From the NCBI GenBank assembly GCA_951406725.2, contig OX597831.1:59520001-59584000 (forward strand): DNA of 64,000 nucleotides, given 5' to 3'. Positions 27,585 to 40,719 of the stretch are shown in pieces (the first letter of the stretch is position 1; each line of letters opens with the position of its first letter). Origin of the DNA: Octopus vulgaris. Taxonomy: Eukaryota. Under the pieces are notes generated by a model. The model ran no database searches, was not told where the DNA came from, and worked only from the letters and a program-made list of their open reading frames with translations. Made by a program: the position numbers and the translations under genes.

Positions 27585-28058
27585 ATGCCCTGATGCAGTA
27601 CCAGGCAGTGGCTTTCATTGCTTCTGATCTTAACTGATTGGAAGTGTTATCATGTACATTGTTTTCTCTTGGTATAACAGATGGGCTACAGCAAATATTC
27701 TGCTCAATACCACAGATTTGCCTGGCAGTTGTTTGACCTTAACTAGTTGAGCATGTCCCTTAGTGGCTGACGATATGTGCATCTCTGATCACGAGCAGAA
27801 GTAGTGGGGGAGCTTCAGAACAATGTGTTGAGAGGAAATACTTTGGGGTTTGAATAATTCGTCGCTGGAAACATGAGTGGTTCGTTCAACATCCTTAAAC
27901 AACCCTTATTCAGGGACCTTTTGAGCGTGATGGGCAACTCGACCATAAGGAAATTCTAACTGGGCCCCACCTGCAAGGTCATGTGCTGTTTATCTTGATA
28001 TGCGATCACCATGTCCGGCACATATGGTTGTGATTCATGTGCCTAGTGTACATTTACT
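27585..28058. mobile_element. Unclassified interspersed repeat embedded in (AAT)n
   Basis: Block of higher GC with sharp boundaries against AAT/GAT repeats on both sides. No protein motif recognised. Confidence 0.45.
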
Positions 28059-28059
28059 C

Positions 28060-28131
<72 letters not shown>

Positions 28132-28239
28132 CATAATAATAATAATGTGAAAACAACATCCACCCATGAATTTATTTATTTATTAATTTTTAAATACATA
28201 TTTTATCTGTGAATTTGCGGGTGGAATCTCTCCCATATC

Positions 28240-28720
28240 CTGATTAATGATACATCTAATGATGGTATCACAGATAATTGCGCAAACTGATAATCGCTGC
28301 CTCATACAAGTGACAATGAAAAACAAAGCGTGAATAACTGTGGTAATGAAACTGAAGCCAATGGTGGTTACAGTGTTGTACCCGGCAGGCTCAGAGACTT
28401 TGGTCCGGCTCCAGTCTGTTTTCCAGAAAGGGACCACCACACATGGCGTAGATAGAGCAAGCAAATTGATGCTGTGTGCATGGAGCGTTACTACCTGAGT
28501 AACCCGGTCGATGAAAATGGTGTTCAAATTATGGGCTACCCACAACGTATGTATGGTCATTAGAGGAAAAAGGGATTGTTTCACCTCACGGAACAGCGAC
28601 TAAGTGATTAAGGTAGAGTAATAAGAAAACATTTTTGTTTCACAGAAGTAGAGTTCGAAGCTATCATAAGGCGGGTATTGAAAAATAGCCGCGGGGATAA
28701 CAATGAAAACACAGTTCTTA
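28240..28720 (+). mobile_element. R4/Dong-like ORF N-terminal region (pseudogenised)
   Basis: Plus frame with stops: HTWRR*SKQIDAVCMERYYLSNPVDENGVQIMGYPQRMYGH*RKKGLFHLTEQRLSD*GRVIRK. Resembles the R4-clade N-terminal motif MECYY.S.P..GYR.RM...W...EQRL.DQ.R.I. Confidence 0.7.
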
Positions 28721-29149
28721 ATCATAAGAATAATATCATAGCGCAGGAAAGGAGCAGTAGTAGTTTACTTGATGGGAGACATATAGATGGTCTGAAAGAA
28801 AACAATAAAACTAATGGCGGCATGACAGATGAACAAAAGGCAATCTACGACAGAATAAATGCACGAATACAGCAGAACGATAGTATTGAGCTAACAGTGT
28901 CCGGGACCCTGCCTGTGGAACCTATCTAGATCGACCGTACGGGACGCATTCGTGCATTGTGTAATCGACTACTTTAAAATATTGCAAAATTTATGCTACT
29001 TCCATTTACAGGTTTACAAATTACTCTACATAAGATTTGGAAGTCGTTAGGGCGTTTGCTCATCTCCACATTGGCTCATTTAAGAAGTCAAATATCTGTC
29101 AAACACTTGGAAGCAACTGTGCAGGTTTTTGAGGATTTTCTATCTCCTT

Positions 29150-29620
29150 CTTCTTTTGGTTACCTCCACTCAAGGCATGCTTCTAAAATGTTATTCCCAT
29201 TGCTAACTATCAGTAAAGATCGAGAGGACCCGAAGAAATCTTCCAAATATCTGGAGAAACCTGTCTGCTCCGCCCCAATCGGGGCGTACATAGCGACTAG
29301 TCTGAAAGCTCCATATTCTTTATTGCACCCATGCAGAAACACCAGCTTACCATTTGGGTTCAGGACGACCATCAGTACCTCGAGATTCGGGCCTTTCGTA
29401 AAAAGCACTGCCACTGCGTCTCCCATTGCAGGTCGATTAAGTGATGGGTAGATCTCAAAGTCGTGGAAAATAGGGGCTAGATCGTGTGTCGGAAATCCTG
29501 CTTTCCCTGACAACCGTCACATCCAGAGTGTTCTAAAATCTCTGAGTAGGCGACCATACGTCATGTATGATCCCTGCCACGCACGGTTAGAGAACCCCCT
29601 CTTAAAACCGCCATGATGAA
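29150..29620 (-). mobile_element. L1/Tx1-like LINE ORF2 N-terminus (APE endonuclease fragment)
   Basis: ORF 29160-29513: GKLVFL...GAFRLVAMYAPIG...FSRYLEDF...LLIVSNGNNIL (cf. VYAP and GDFN motifs). Confidence 0.75.
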
Positions 29621-29804
29621 TTTAGAGTGGAAATAATGGGGTCTACATGACAACTGGTTGCCCCTGAAAATCAGACAGCTGAAATGCTATATTTCCTTAA
29701 AAGTCTACTCTTGGCTATTACGTTAACAGTGCACACATCGTGTGTGAATCTCTAGCTAATGATATATAGAACACTACCAACAACAACACCAATAAAAAAA
29801 ATAC

Positions 29805-29836
29805 TAATAATGATGATGATGATTTCTTTATAATTG

Positions 29837-29874
<38 letters not shown>

Positions 29875-29890
29875 TATAGTAATAATAGTG

Positions 29891-29985
<95 letters not shown>
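29805..29985. repeat. (AAT)n microsatellite
   Basis: Visible directly. Confidence 0.95.
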
Positions 29986-29986
<1 letters not shown>

Positions 29987-30514
29987 GGCAATCAGGTAGC
30001 TCTACACGCAATAATTCTACAGCTTTTGATAACTAATCAATAATTAAGTAGAATATATTTCCTCATTCGCTCGAATTTATATTGCTGTGTATTGATGATA
30101 TATGAGAAGAAAAAGACTATTATTTTATTTCACCAAGACAAATGATAATATACATTTCAATGAATACACTGTCATATCATCGTATCATATAATTATGTAA
30201 TACAAAGATTATCATTATATAAATGGAATCATATCATCAATATCCTAAATTCATGCTATTTATTTAAAGTCTACTAGTATATGAAGTCGTATTGATAGCA
30301 TTTATTTTCTGTTTGCCGTGACAAATTGTTTAAGAACGATACCAGTTAAGTTGTTATTTACAGAGATTGAAGCATATAGTTGGCTTTTACTAAATATTCA
30401 TTGTTTTATGTTTGTCCTTATATCCTTATCTTATTAAACTTTCGGTAATATGCAGTATTAATTACCACTGAATAAATTACCTAAACAGATTCTTAATGCT
30501 TCGTAAAATAGAGT

Positions 30515-30888
30515 CAAATTGAGAGGCGGTTGGATGGAACCTACACTCGCCTCCTTATGAGAGCTCAAAATCTCTCGTGGAAGCGCCATCTAACCAAAAT
30601 GCAAATATATGGGAAACTACCACCTGAGTCATCTCTTGTGAAAGGTAGGAGAGTCCAGTTTGCAGGACATTGTTGTAGAGCTGAAAAAGAGGTAATTTCT
30701 ACTCTTCTCCTCTGGAAGCCATCTGCTCACGATACCAGAGGGCGCACACTCTCCTACCCTGATGTAATCTCCAGGGATACAGGCATCCAGCAACAGGACC
30801 TCCGTAATGCCATGATGGACCGTGAAGTCTGGCGTAACATAGTAAATTCCATTGTCTCGACCACGGTCGAACAATGATGATGATGATG
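30515..30888 (+). mobile_element. RTE-clade LINE 3' end
   Basis: RRVQFAGHCCR...LLWKP...RGR...AMMDREVWRNIV followed by a (TGA)n tail. Confidence 0.88.
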
Positions 30889-32989
30889 TTGCCTTGGGTT
30901 TTAGCTACTCACCAAACATCACTTACTAACCTACCATTAGTTATGGTGTGATTTGATAATTTTTAGTCTACTTCCATCACAAATCTCTCGAGTTGTAGAT
31001 ATAGTGTGTACTATAATTATATAAATTTTCTAAATATTAATTTTATCCCGTGGCATTTCAAACGAAGTACGTGAAATATGTAATTCCCTTGGGCACATTT
31101 CATTTACAGATTTATTATCACTGACTATTTGATTTATATTAAAATACATTTGTAAATTTCCTCTTCATATTTCTGAAACCTCTTTTCACAAAAATACTTA
31201 GAAGTGTTCGTCACACATTTTTCAAGTTTGATCTTTGATTTCAGAATTTATTTATACATTTTCAATTCATGGGGAGTACGTTAACGTGACATATAGCACT
31301 GCTAATACAAGTATATTTGCAGGCATTCCATTTTCAAGCTGAAGCAGCCAAATAGCAAGGTATTGTTAATACTTTATGATCTGAAGTTATCAAGAGTAAA
31401 TTCTTCTGAATAATGCAAGTAAAAAAACATGTCATTTTTATTGTATAACGTAATATATCAAATAATCCGGAGAATTTTAAGGAAATAAATAAGGAATTAA
31501 TTACTTAAATCACAATTGCATTCATGTTCATCAATAGCTGTGACATTGGCAAGTAGGATATCGGTAAAATATAAGTCATTAGTTTTGTATACCAATCATA
31601 CTAATCTGTGTTTTCATGCTTGGAAAGGTACCATATGTCTGTAATCAACAAAATATAATTCACTTTTCTAAAAGTTGTATGTGTAAAGGAGGTGTCTTGT
31701 ATGTATCCTTGACGAAAATAGCATTGTTACGTATAAAACATATTACTATTTCTTTTGTCGATGTGGAATACACGTAGTTTAATTAAGCTATGCAATATTT
31801 TTCCAGCTAACTGTAATGAAACAGCAATCATTGCATTTTCGGCTCTTCCTTCCCGGAAATAGTTGTTACTGAAATGAGTAATGATAATATTCACTAGTTT
31901 TACCACATACTCCTAGAGCAGTTATATAAAAGCAACTACTTTTCAGATTTTCACCTGTCGTCTTCTTTAATACTATATAAATTATTACTATTTGCTTGCC
32001 ATTTCGAATACTCAAATTAACGGAATGATACTGGATTTCACGTTCATTTATGTTGCTACATTTTCTTCTTCATTCGTATTCTTTGTCAATTAGTTCCATT
32101 ATCAATTAAAACTTGATTTATTGCACGAATAACTATTTTCGTTCGTTTTCTTTCCTGTCCTCTATGCAAAAGGAAACGCGGTTCGCTCGTTTGTTCTCAA
32201 AAACTATTCTGAATTGTGAATTGTATTTTGAGGACTGAAGAAGACACAAATACTAATGTTAAAAATTGTTTGGGGCTTCTAAATGTTGGAGCGTTCTCAT
32301 AAGTGTTTTTAAGCTCATTATCGTTTTCCATTAATCATAGCCTTACGCAGGCGTCTTTAAAAGTTAGCATATTTACTACTTGAACAATTTTGAATTGTTG
32401 GGGATTAAACTTTTCGTAATTGTTCGAACTTAATTACGAGCAGATAATAATATTATGTCATCTTCATATCAATCTCTTTCCTTTTGGTTATATTCATCAA
32501 ACATGTAATGGAAAATAATTTCATTTCTCAAGTACTAAATTTTCAGTTTAATTGATGAGCCCGAAAATTACAATGAGAAGTGTGTGTCTCAGTGACATTG
32601 AATTAAGGCTGTTTAAAACTTCTGACACCTTTGAAGAGATATTGTTGATAGAATCATGTCCAAATTGAACACTAATTCCTTTTCATTTTGGATAAGCTTT
32701 TACATTCTGGAATATATAGAAATGTCCCTTTGGATCTAAGAAGAAAAATTATTGAACATCATTTTGACTGCCACTAATTTTTCTCAAATAAAAGATTGCC
32801 TCATCAGTATTGCGGTTTGTGCACACATATTTATAAAGAGAATGATATACATAAGCTTAATGCAGTGAAGATATTAAAGGAGATATCATTATAACTTTTA
32901 CGCGCTGAAATCAGCAAAACACATAATCATTTTTGTTAAAAAATGAAGCAAGAAAACGTGTGAGTAATGTTTGAGAAATACACGCTATC

Positions 32990-34450
32990 TTATCATTCAC
33001 ACACTATCGTGTGTGAATATTATTCCTAAGATCAACATTTACTCACTCACGATCAGTTTTACGCTTTGTCACTAACGCAGTTTTAAACCAACATAGATGA
33101 CATTTACAGTTTTAGATTGGTTGCATCATACGCTATATTCCCAAACACAAAATTTGAAAAGTTGCTTCGGTAGAATAAAAAGGTTTCAGTAAAATATATG
33201 AGGTCAAAAACGGGAGAGTAACGCCTGAAGTCGCTCTTGATGTTTATAATTGTAGGATGGTCAGATCATAAGCTATAATTTTCAGCTAAAACGTTTGAAA
33301 ACTGTTTCAGTTGAAAAAAGGTATGTGTCAAATATATGAGGTCACAGACGGGAGGATAACGCCTAAAATCGAATTTGAGAACAAATTAACTTTTAAGGTA
33401 AATCTATATATTATTTTAGCTTATATAATAGTTCTCGACGCGAGGGAACATGTCCATGTGAGTTATATGCAAAAATATACAGCAGAGAAAGAGTACTGAA
33501 GCAAAAACCGGCGCAAAAAAGATTAACGCCTCTAATCGACATTGACAACAAATATTATTATTCTTTCAGAAGAAAACCATATTTAAATTTAATTTTTTCT
33601 GACAGATCTCCAATACAGGTATCCCATTATCGAAATGATAAAATAATAAATATTTAAAATAAAATAAACTACTGGGGCCAAATATGCCGAAAACAGTGGT
33701 ATCATCTAAAACCAAATTCAAAACCCATATATTTTGATATTGTGTAATTTTGTTTCTTTTTAGCTCATATGATAGAACTAATCATAACGAACGTGCGTGG
33801 TTCTAATCTTTAAAAAAATATTGAAAATGAAATAAAAAGAGTTATTATATAAGTTAAATGTGCCAAAAGTACGTAAAACAATTTTCAAGTAATATTATTA
33901 CTTATTACAGGACTAAGGCGATGAGCTGGCAGAGTCGGTAACAAGCAAGGCATTTCGTCTGTCTCTACATTCTGAGTTCAAATTTCACCAAGTCGTCTTT
34001 GCATATTAACGTTTCGGTACTCGATAAAATGAGTATCAGCTGAACACTGAGGTCGATGTAATCACCCCCCCCCCATTCAGATTTCATGGTCTTCTGCTAA
34101 AATTGGGAACCATTATTACAAAATGTACGATCCAGTTCAGTGTTTAGATATCTTGCAAAGACCTACCTCACATTCATAGAATACACTACATTGTAATAAA
34201 TATCATTCACACACGACACGACAGTTTGTGAATAATATTCTTCAGGTCAACATTTATTCACTTGCAACATATTCTACGCTTTGTCACTAATTCATTTTAC
34301 CAAATTTGTTGATGATTATATATTTTTAGATTGGTTACCTTCTAAGCTACAATTTGAGCTACAAAATTTGAAATTTGGTTCTGTAGAAAGAAAGGTAAGA
34401 TTTCAAATATGCGAGGTCAAAAACGGGAGAATAACTCCCGAAATCGACTT
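32990..34450 (+). repeat. Diverged ~250-bp direct repeat (32990-33235 and 34200-34450) with an extra partial unit (33250-33375)
   Basis: Shared TATCATTCACAC...CAACATTTA.TCAC...ACGCTTTGTCACTAA...TTAGATTGGTT...GAGGTCAAAAACGGGAGA.TAAC. Confidence 0.8.
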
Positions 34451-34495
34451 TAGATATATGCACGCGAAGCTACATACATGCTTTCGTAAATACAG

Positions 34496-34559
<64 letters not shown>

Positions 34560-34561
34560 TC

Positions 34562-34656
<95 letters not shown>

Positions 34657-34670
34657 CACACAAACCCACA

Positions 34671-34732
<62 letters not shown>

Positions 34733-35515
34733 GCACACACACACACACTCACAAACAATGCACACACGTGCACATACAAATAAGGGGTTTTTAAAACACC
34801 CATGAAGGAAAAGAAATGTGTGATGAATACGTAGTTTTAAGAAGAGAGCGTTTAAGTTGACAACAATTGATGACAAATGGACTTTTCAAGGTTGCAGAAT
34901 CGTTAGAACGTTGAATAAAATGCTTAGATGCATTTTGTTCTGAGTTCAAACGACTTTCAATTTCATCTATTTGAGGTCGATAATTTACGCGCCGGTTGAA
35001 CATTGGGGTCGATAAATTCGACTATACTCATCCCCTCAAATTTCAGGCTCCCCGCCTATAGTAGAAAAGAATATTCCTTAGTTTCCTTTATGGCGGTGAG
35101 CCGGCAGAATCGTTAACAAGGTGGGGAAAATGTTTTGCATCATTCAATTTCCGCCGTATCTCACTTATCATTTTATTCTTCCAGAGTCGATAGAATAAAT
35201 ACAAGCTGAGCAGTAGTTTTAATGCAATTGATTTACTCCCCACCTCGAAATGAATGGTATTGTGCCAAAATTAGAAAGCAACATTTGATATCTTCAAGGC
35301 GGCAAGCTATCGGATACATTAGAACGCTGGACAAAATACTTAGCAGCATTTCGCCGGTCCGTATATTCTGATTTCAAATTATACCGTGGTCAACTCTGCC
35401 TTTCATTCTTTCGATATCGAGGTAGACAAAATAGTACTCTTAAGCACCAGGGTCGATGTACTCGTCTTAAACCTTCCTCAAAATTTCTCGCACTGTACCA
35501 AAATTTGAAACCAAT
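33915..35515 (+). mobile_element. Cluster of four degenerate copies of one SINE family (~33915-34115, 34885-35070, 35090-35280, 35297-35515)
   Basis: Copies share subsets of GGCG..GAGC.GGCAGA.TCG.TA, TTCTGAGTTCAAA, GTCGATA, GGTCGATGTA and CAAAATT.GAAA. Confidence 0.75.
34497..34770. repeat. (CA)n microsatellite
   Basis: Visible directly. Confidence 0.95.
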
Positions 35516-35832
35516 ATTTAAAATCTGACATTTCAAAGAAGGTTTAACATATCAACGAATATAATAATGTGGGGAAGTAAATTTCTTGATAGGAATGTAA
35601 CAATGTCGAGTTTACATGATCATGAATTCATTTAACGTTTTTTGTTTAAAATATTATGTAGATGAATAATTTAGGAAAATGATATATTTTTTAATAAATA
35701 GAAACAAATAGAAATAGTGAACAGTAAGTAAGAAGTGATTCTAATTTGAAATAAATATGCGCTAAATCGCAGCTTTATTTCCATAAGTTAGATATTAGAT
35801 TCATTACAATTAAGTATTCTATATCAGTCATG

Positions 35833-36035
35833 TTATATTTGGTCAGTCAGGTACTGTGGATTGACAGAAATATTTGAATGACAGACAAAATGGGTAACAG
35901 TATTTTCTTTCGATCTTTTACATTCAAATTTCAAATCACAGGGGTCCCTTTCGGCGTCGTGTATGTATAGATTAGTGCAAGACTTGAAATCTTTCTCCTC
36001 CACCAAACTGTTCTTGTCAGACCGAATTATACCGT
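35833..36035 (-). CDS. Candidate terminal exon of an unidentified gene
   Basis: Acceptor TTGGTTTTCAGTTTCACAG. Open frame xGIIRSDKNSLVEEKDFKSCTNLYIHDAERDPCDLKFECKRSKENTVTHFVCHSNISVNPQYLTDQI*. AATAAA about 55 nt after the stop. Confidence 0.3.
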
Positions 36036-36094
36036 CTGTGAAACTGAAAACCAAACCTCAAGTAGATTTTTACGGCAGAGTAATTGCAAAATAT

Positions 36095-36400
36095 GTCAAG
36101 CAAATATATTATGCGGTTTCCAATTGATCACATTAGCGGAAATACTTATTGAATTTAACGGACGAATGACTGCGCAATTAACAGACACGTGTGCTCTTAA
36201 CATAATTCTCACGGAGATTCATGGTGACATAGATTGTGACAAGATTGGCCCTTTCAATTAGTGGTACAACTAACTTTTGCAACAAGACCGCAGAAAAGCA
36301 GCGTGAAATAAATTGTCTTACGCAAGGACAACACGTACAACCGAGAATCAAACTCATGAACTTACATTAATGTGCTGACTACCCCTAACCACTTAGCCGC
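36095..36400 (-). mobile_element. Degenerate SINE (family of 20365-20690)
   Basis: Blocks such as TTTCCAATTGATC and CAAGGACAACACG...CTAACCACTTAGCC match 20365-20690. Confidence 0.65.
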
Positions 36401-37429
36401 GATCTTTTACACATATACATACATGCGCGCGCAAGCACGCAACCAATCAATCCCCCCCCACACACACAGAAACACACACTCACACAAACACAAACTACAC
36501 ACCCATAGACACACATATACATCTGCCCACACTTTTTATTATCACAGTCAGTTACATAGATTATTTAATTTAAATATGTCACCACATATAATTCTGCTGC
36601 ATTGATATCTCGGAATGTGTTTAATATTTCCATCCAGATTGTTCATCTCGGTTTGGGGCTATGCAGATGTGTTTATGGTGTTGCTATTATTATAGTCTGA
36701 AGCTAACTAAAGTATCATTTTACAGTTAGTAGGGGACGATAATGTGTGAATGTTAAGAATAAGAGAGTAACAACGAGAAATCTGATATAGCTATAAAATC
36801 CGTTGACCCTAGAATGACACTTAGGTTTCAATTTTGAACCATGAAAGCTGGATCTTAAACTAGGCCAGGATATATTTCACCCATTGGCCCACCAGTGTAG
36901 CAAATGGGAATATATTCCTGCAGTAGATGTATGAATTTAAGAATCACCAAACCAAATATTATTTTGAAACATGTAGGTTGCAGACTGCATTCGTTCGCAA
37001 TTTTTAATTGCTAATTTTACGCATAATCTTTTACTTGTGTTACCGATCTCTTTTTGTTAAAAACAATAACAACTTTTGCTTTGGGTTTGAAGAATAACTG
37101 ACTTTGAAAAATGTTGAAGTCCCCAGTTTGTGGAAGAGACAAGTTTACTTCCTAACGTCTAACTGCCTTTTCTTATGTATTTATGATGATCGTAGTAATA
37201 CAGAAGTAAAGAATGTTAAATGAAATAATATGTAGTTTATTATTCGAAGTAGTGCTTTAGTAAGTAGGGGAGTTGTACATCATTTAAGCATTTCAAGTCA
37301 TATGCCCTTGATCTGAAATCCATTCTTATATTACGCACAGCTCATAGTTGAGCTCCTTTTTTCTAAATTCAGCAACGGCAAAAACAACAACTACTACTAC
37401 TACTGCTCCTTCTCCTCCTCCTCCTGCTG

Positions 37430-37500
<71 letters not shown>

Positions 37501-37579
37501 GTTGGTGCTGCTGCTGTTGGTGCTTCAGTTGTTGTTGCTGTTGCTGCTTGTTCGTTTGTTTGTGTGTTTGTTGAGCGAA

Positions 37580-37862
37580 GCGTTCTTCGTCCCATTAGTG
37601 GGAGAAGTCTGAAACGTGGTCCTCTGCTATTCGTAAGACCCGCAGAAGAGAAAGCAGGTCAATCCCCTACACCGAGAGCATCGACGGACGGATGAATGTG
37701 CATCCAGGTTCAGCGGTTGCATAGGAAGTCAGGGACAAGAAGCAGGTAGAAAGAGTGAGAGAAAGTTGGAGCGAAAGAGTACAACAGGGGTCGCCACCAC
37801 CCCCTACCGGAGCCTCGTGGAGCTTTAGGTGTTTTCGCTGAATAAACACACACAACGCCCGG
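37580..37862 (-). mobile_element. 5'-truncated SINE within a (CTA)n/(GTT)n tract
   Basis: Reverse complement begins CCGGGCGTTGTGTGTGTTTATTCAGCGAAAACACCTAAAGCTCCACGA, as at 10203-10251. Confidence 0.75.
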
Positions 37863-38464
37863 TTTGCTGTTGCTGCACTGTGTTCAATAGCAAATATTTT
37901 AAAGAGGTAATCTGAAATCTCTGGCGAAGATGTTACTGATGATTAAATAACTGACATCACTATTTAATTGCTATTTAAAATTACGTAATTGCATTAAATT
38001 AGGTAATGTAGTAGTAAAAGCAATGAAAACCAAATGAAGAATATGTCAAAGGGTCTTTGTATATTGAACGCATTAACATTGCCTTCAATTTTGTCACATG
38101 ACTTTAGTTAATTGTTGGATTAGCTATAATAGTCCTAGACTTCGAATGGGAATAATGTCCAATGACACAACAAAAACAATAAAGAAACATATAATACGAT
38201 TCTCCATCTACTAGGAACAACTGCCAAATACTTCTCGCATAACAGCAACTTAGATATAATTTGAAATATTGAATTAACTTGTCACACATCACATCACAAA
38301 GTCAGGACGGCCAAAGCCAGGACTCGTTCAGCGTATTTTCTCAGTAGTGATACTGACAAGAAGGATGAATTTCTGACAGACATTTCCCAAACCAATCTCT
38401 TAGCAAAATGAAAAGAAAATCCATATCATTAGATTGAATTTTAAACGGGATTATGCATGTTAGA

Positions 38465-38521
<57 letters not shown>

Positions 38522-40486
38522 ATAGATCCAATATCGAAGTTTTCAAAATTACGTATCGTTAAAAATATATTAGGCCTGCACCCGATTACAATGTTGTTTG
38601 TCGAAATATAGAAATGGGTTGAACATTTTTAGGGTCCTGTTATAAAGCAGAAAATATATAAATGTAATATACAAGGTGCTTTCTTAAATTTTGTATGCAA
38701 CGGGAATGTAATTTAGCCATACATTCTAAAGTGTGGTCAGTCTCAACGCAGGCGTATTATGTATGAACATATCTTTGAACTAAAGGAAAGAAAATAAGTT
38801 TCGAATAGGATATGTGTTATGTTACTAAATTGAAAAGATATATTTGTAGAACAAAACTGAGTGTCAAAGAAAAAAATAAAGTAAATAATGATTGTAAGAC
38901 AAAAAAAACAACAGAATATGATAAGACATTGACGTCTGAAACCAAAGAAGGGTATATTAAAAGAAAGGCAAAACAGAAATTCCAAAACATTCACAACTTT
39001 ACATCCATGCTGCGTAAAATAAAGAAAATAAATGAAATTTTATCCAAAACTGGAGAACGAAAATATGGATACATTTGAATGTCTCAAAGATTTCAAAACA
39101 GAATATTCTTAAGGTGTAAAGTTTAATGAAACAATAAATTTAAGAGGGAAATATTTCTAAAATAAAAAATCAATACGTATTTTACGACGCACGAAAGTAA
39201 TTCAATCTTAATAATACAATATGACAATGGCGCTGGAATGACAAACATAGGTGATAACCATGTTACTATGGTGATAGAAAACAACGCATACGTATCCGTG
39301 GACCACATGCAATAATCTTTTTATTAGTCAGTAATCACAAAGCAAATGAATGAAGCCCCCACTGTCATTCATCACAATAATGTAAGATTGATAACAAACA
39401 TAAAAATATGATCTATCCATATACGCGTGTGCAACCACATATATATGCATATAGATATAGGTACATGCATTTATATATGTATATATAAATATATATATAT
39501 ATATACTCAGCCATCATGGAGTAATAAAGGAAATGGCAGTAAAGGAAAACATACATGACAAAGATTTGCTGGAAATCCAAGAATGCCAGAAACAAGATAT
39601 CCTCGCTAAATCCCTCAGAATCCGTTCTTATTGAAATCGAAAATATTTATCTTGAGAAAACAAACAGTTCTCTAAAGCAAACACGATTTTATTCTCGGCC
39701 AGATAAAACTAAAACGGAAATCAATGGAGTGCCAACAGGAATATAGATAGATTACTGTGCCGGAGGGAAATATTTAGTAAATGGAATTAAACAGAAAAAA
39801 AAATGTTAAATACAAACGGATCATTAGATTTGTAGGAAGAGCAAAACGGCGAAAAAAACAATTGCATCGCTTTTTCTAGATAAAATAGACACTTGGGACA
39901 CATGTGGAATGCATGAATCTTCCACGCAGTATTTCAGGGAAATAGAGAAATTTCTTACAACATGTATCTAAGGATTTATTGGAATATGTAAAACCGACAA
40001 TCGAAAGGGTCACAGAGCATAGGAACCTTAATGGCCAAAATGTTTTCAAATAAAATTATTAAAGGTAACTGTAATTGATCATAATGTCTAAAAAAGATCA
40101 AACCTAAAGTACTACGTACATTGAAGTATTACATTTGGTAATTCTTAAATTTATTTCCCGGCGCTGAATAACTGATCGTGTTCCCAAGTATATTCATGTT
40201 GTTAGCAATAGTCACTAGGTGGTTCCAAAGCCGCTGTTACACAATTTTCGTCGCCATGTCAAATCTTTACTCGGCTATAAAAGTTTCGAAATAGGAAAAA
40301 AATTTCCCAAACTTTTCCTCATAAACATGCACACAAAAAACCCCCCAGAAAACAAGGACGTAAATATATGATCTTTGTCAAAAATGGTGAATGAAAATGA
40401 CAAATGTCCCGAGGTGTTATCTACTATCTCCTACATGTTCTTTTTCAGACATTTCATAGCAGATGATACAACCTACACGATGATTA

Positions 40487-40695
40487 AAAGCCGTTGATTC
40501 GTTAGTTACTGCACGCATTTTTTTCTCTCCTTCTTTCTGTGTTTTTTTTCTCTCTGTGTATCTTTCTGTTGAAGAGCGTAGGCTCGAAACGTTAAAGACT
40601 TGTTTTATTTATATTTCCTGAGCGCCATACTAATATAATTGTTTGTTTGTTTTCCACCTGCCTTCGTCTTTTGTCTATTTTCATAAAGCTTCCCG
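40487..40695 (+). mobile_element. Solo Penelope-type pLTR remnant (third family) with a hammerhead variant
   Basis: Hammerhead at 40561-40598, then ~100 nt ending TTCCCG directly against (TA)n. Confidence 0.6.
40561..40598 (+). ncRNA. Minimal type I hammerhead variant (CUGUUGA core)
   Basis: TCTTT [CTGTTGA] A GAGC-gtag-GCTC [GAAA] CG TT AAAGA. Stem III palindrome AACGTT. Confidence 0.6.
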
Positions 40696-40719
40696 TATAT
40701 ATATATATATATATATACG

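Noticed and set aside
28183-28584. 133-aa minus-strand ORF as a membrane protein
   Set aside because: The opposite strand carries the recognisable R4/Dong N-terminal motifs.
38743-40050. Possible very old Penelope coding relics (also ~6500-7000 and ~48900-50200)
   Set aside because: A-rich with only scattered motif-like residues; too degenerate to support without a profile search.
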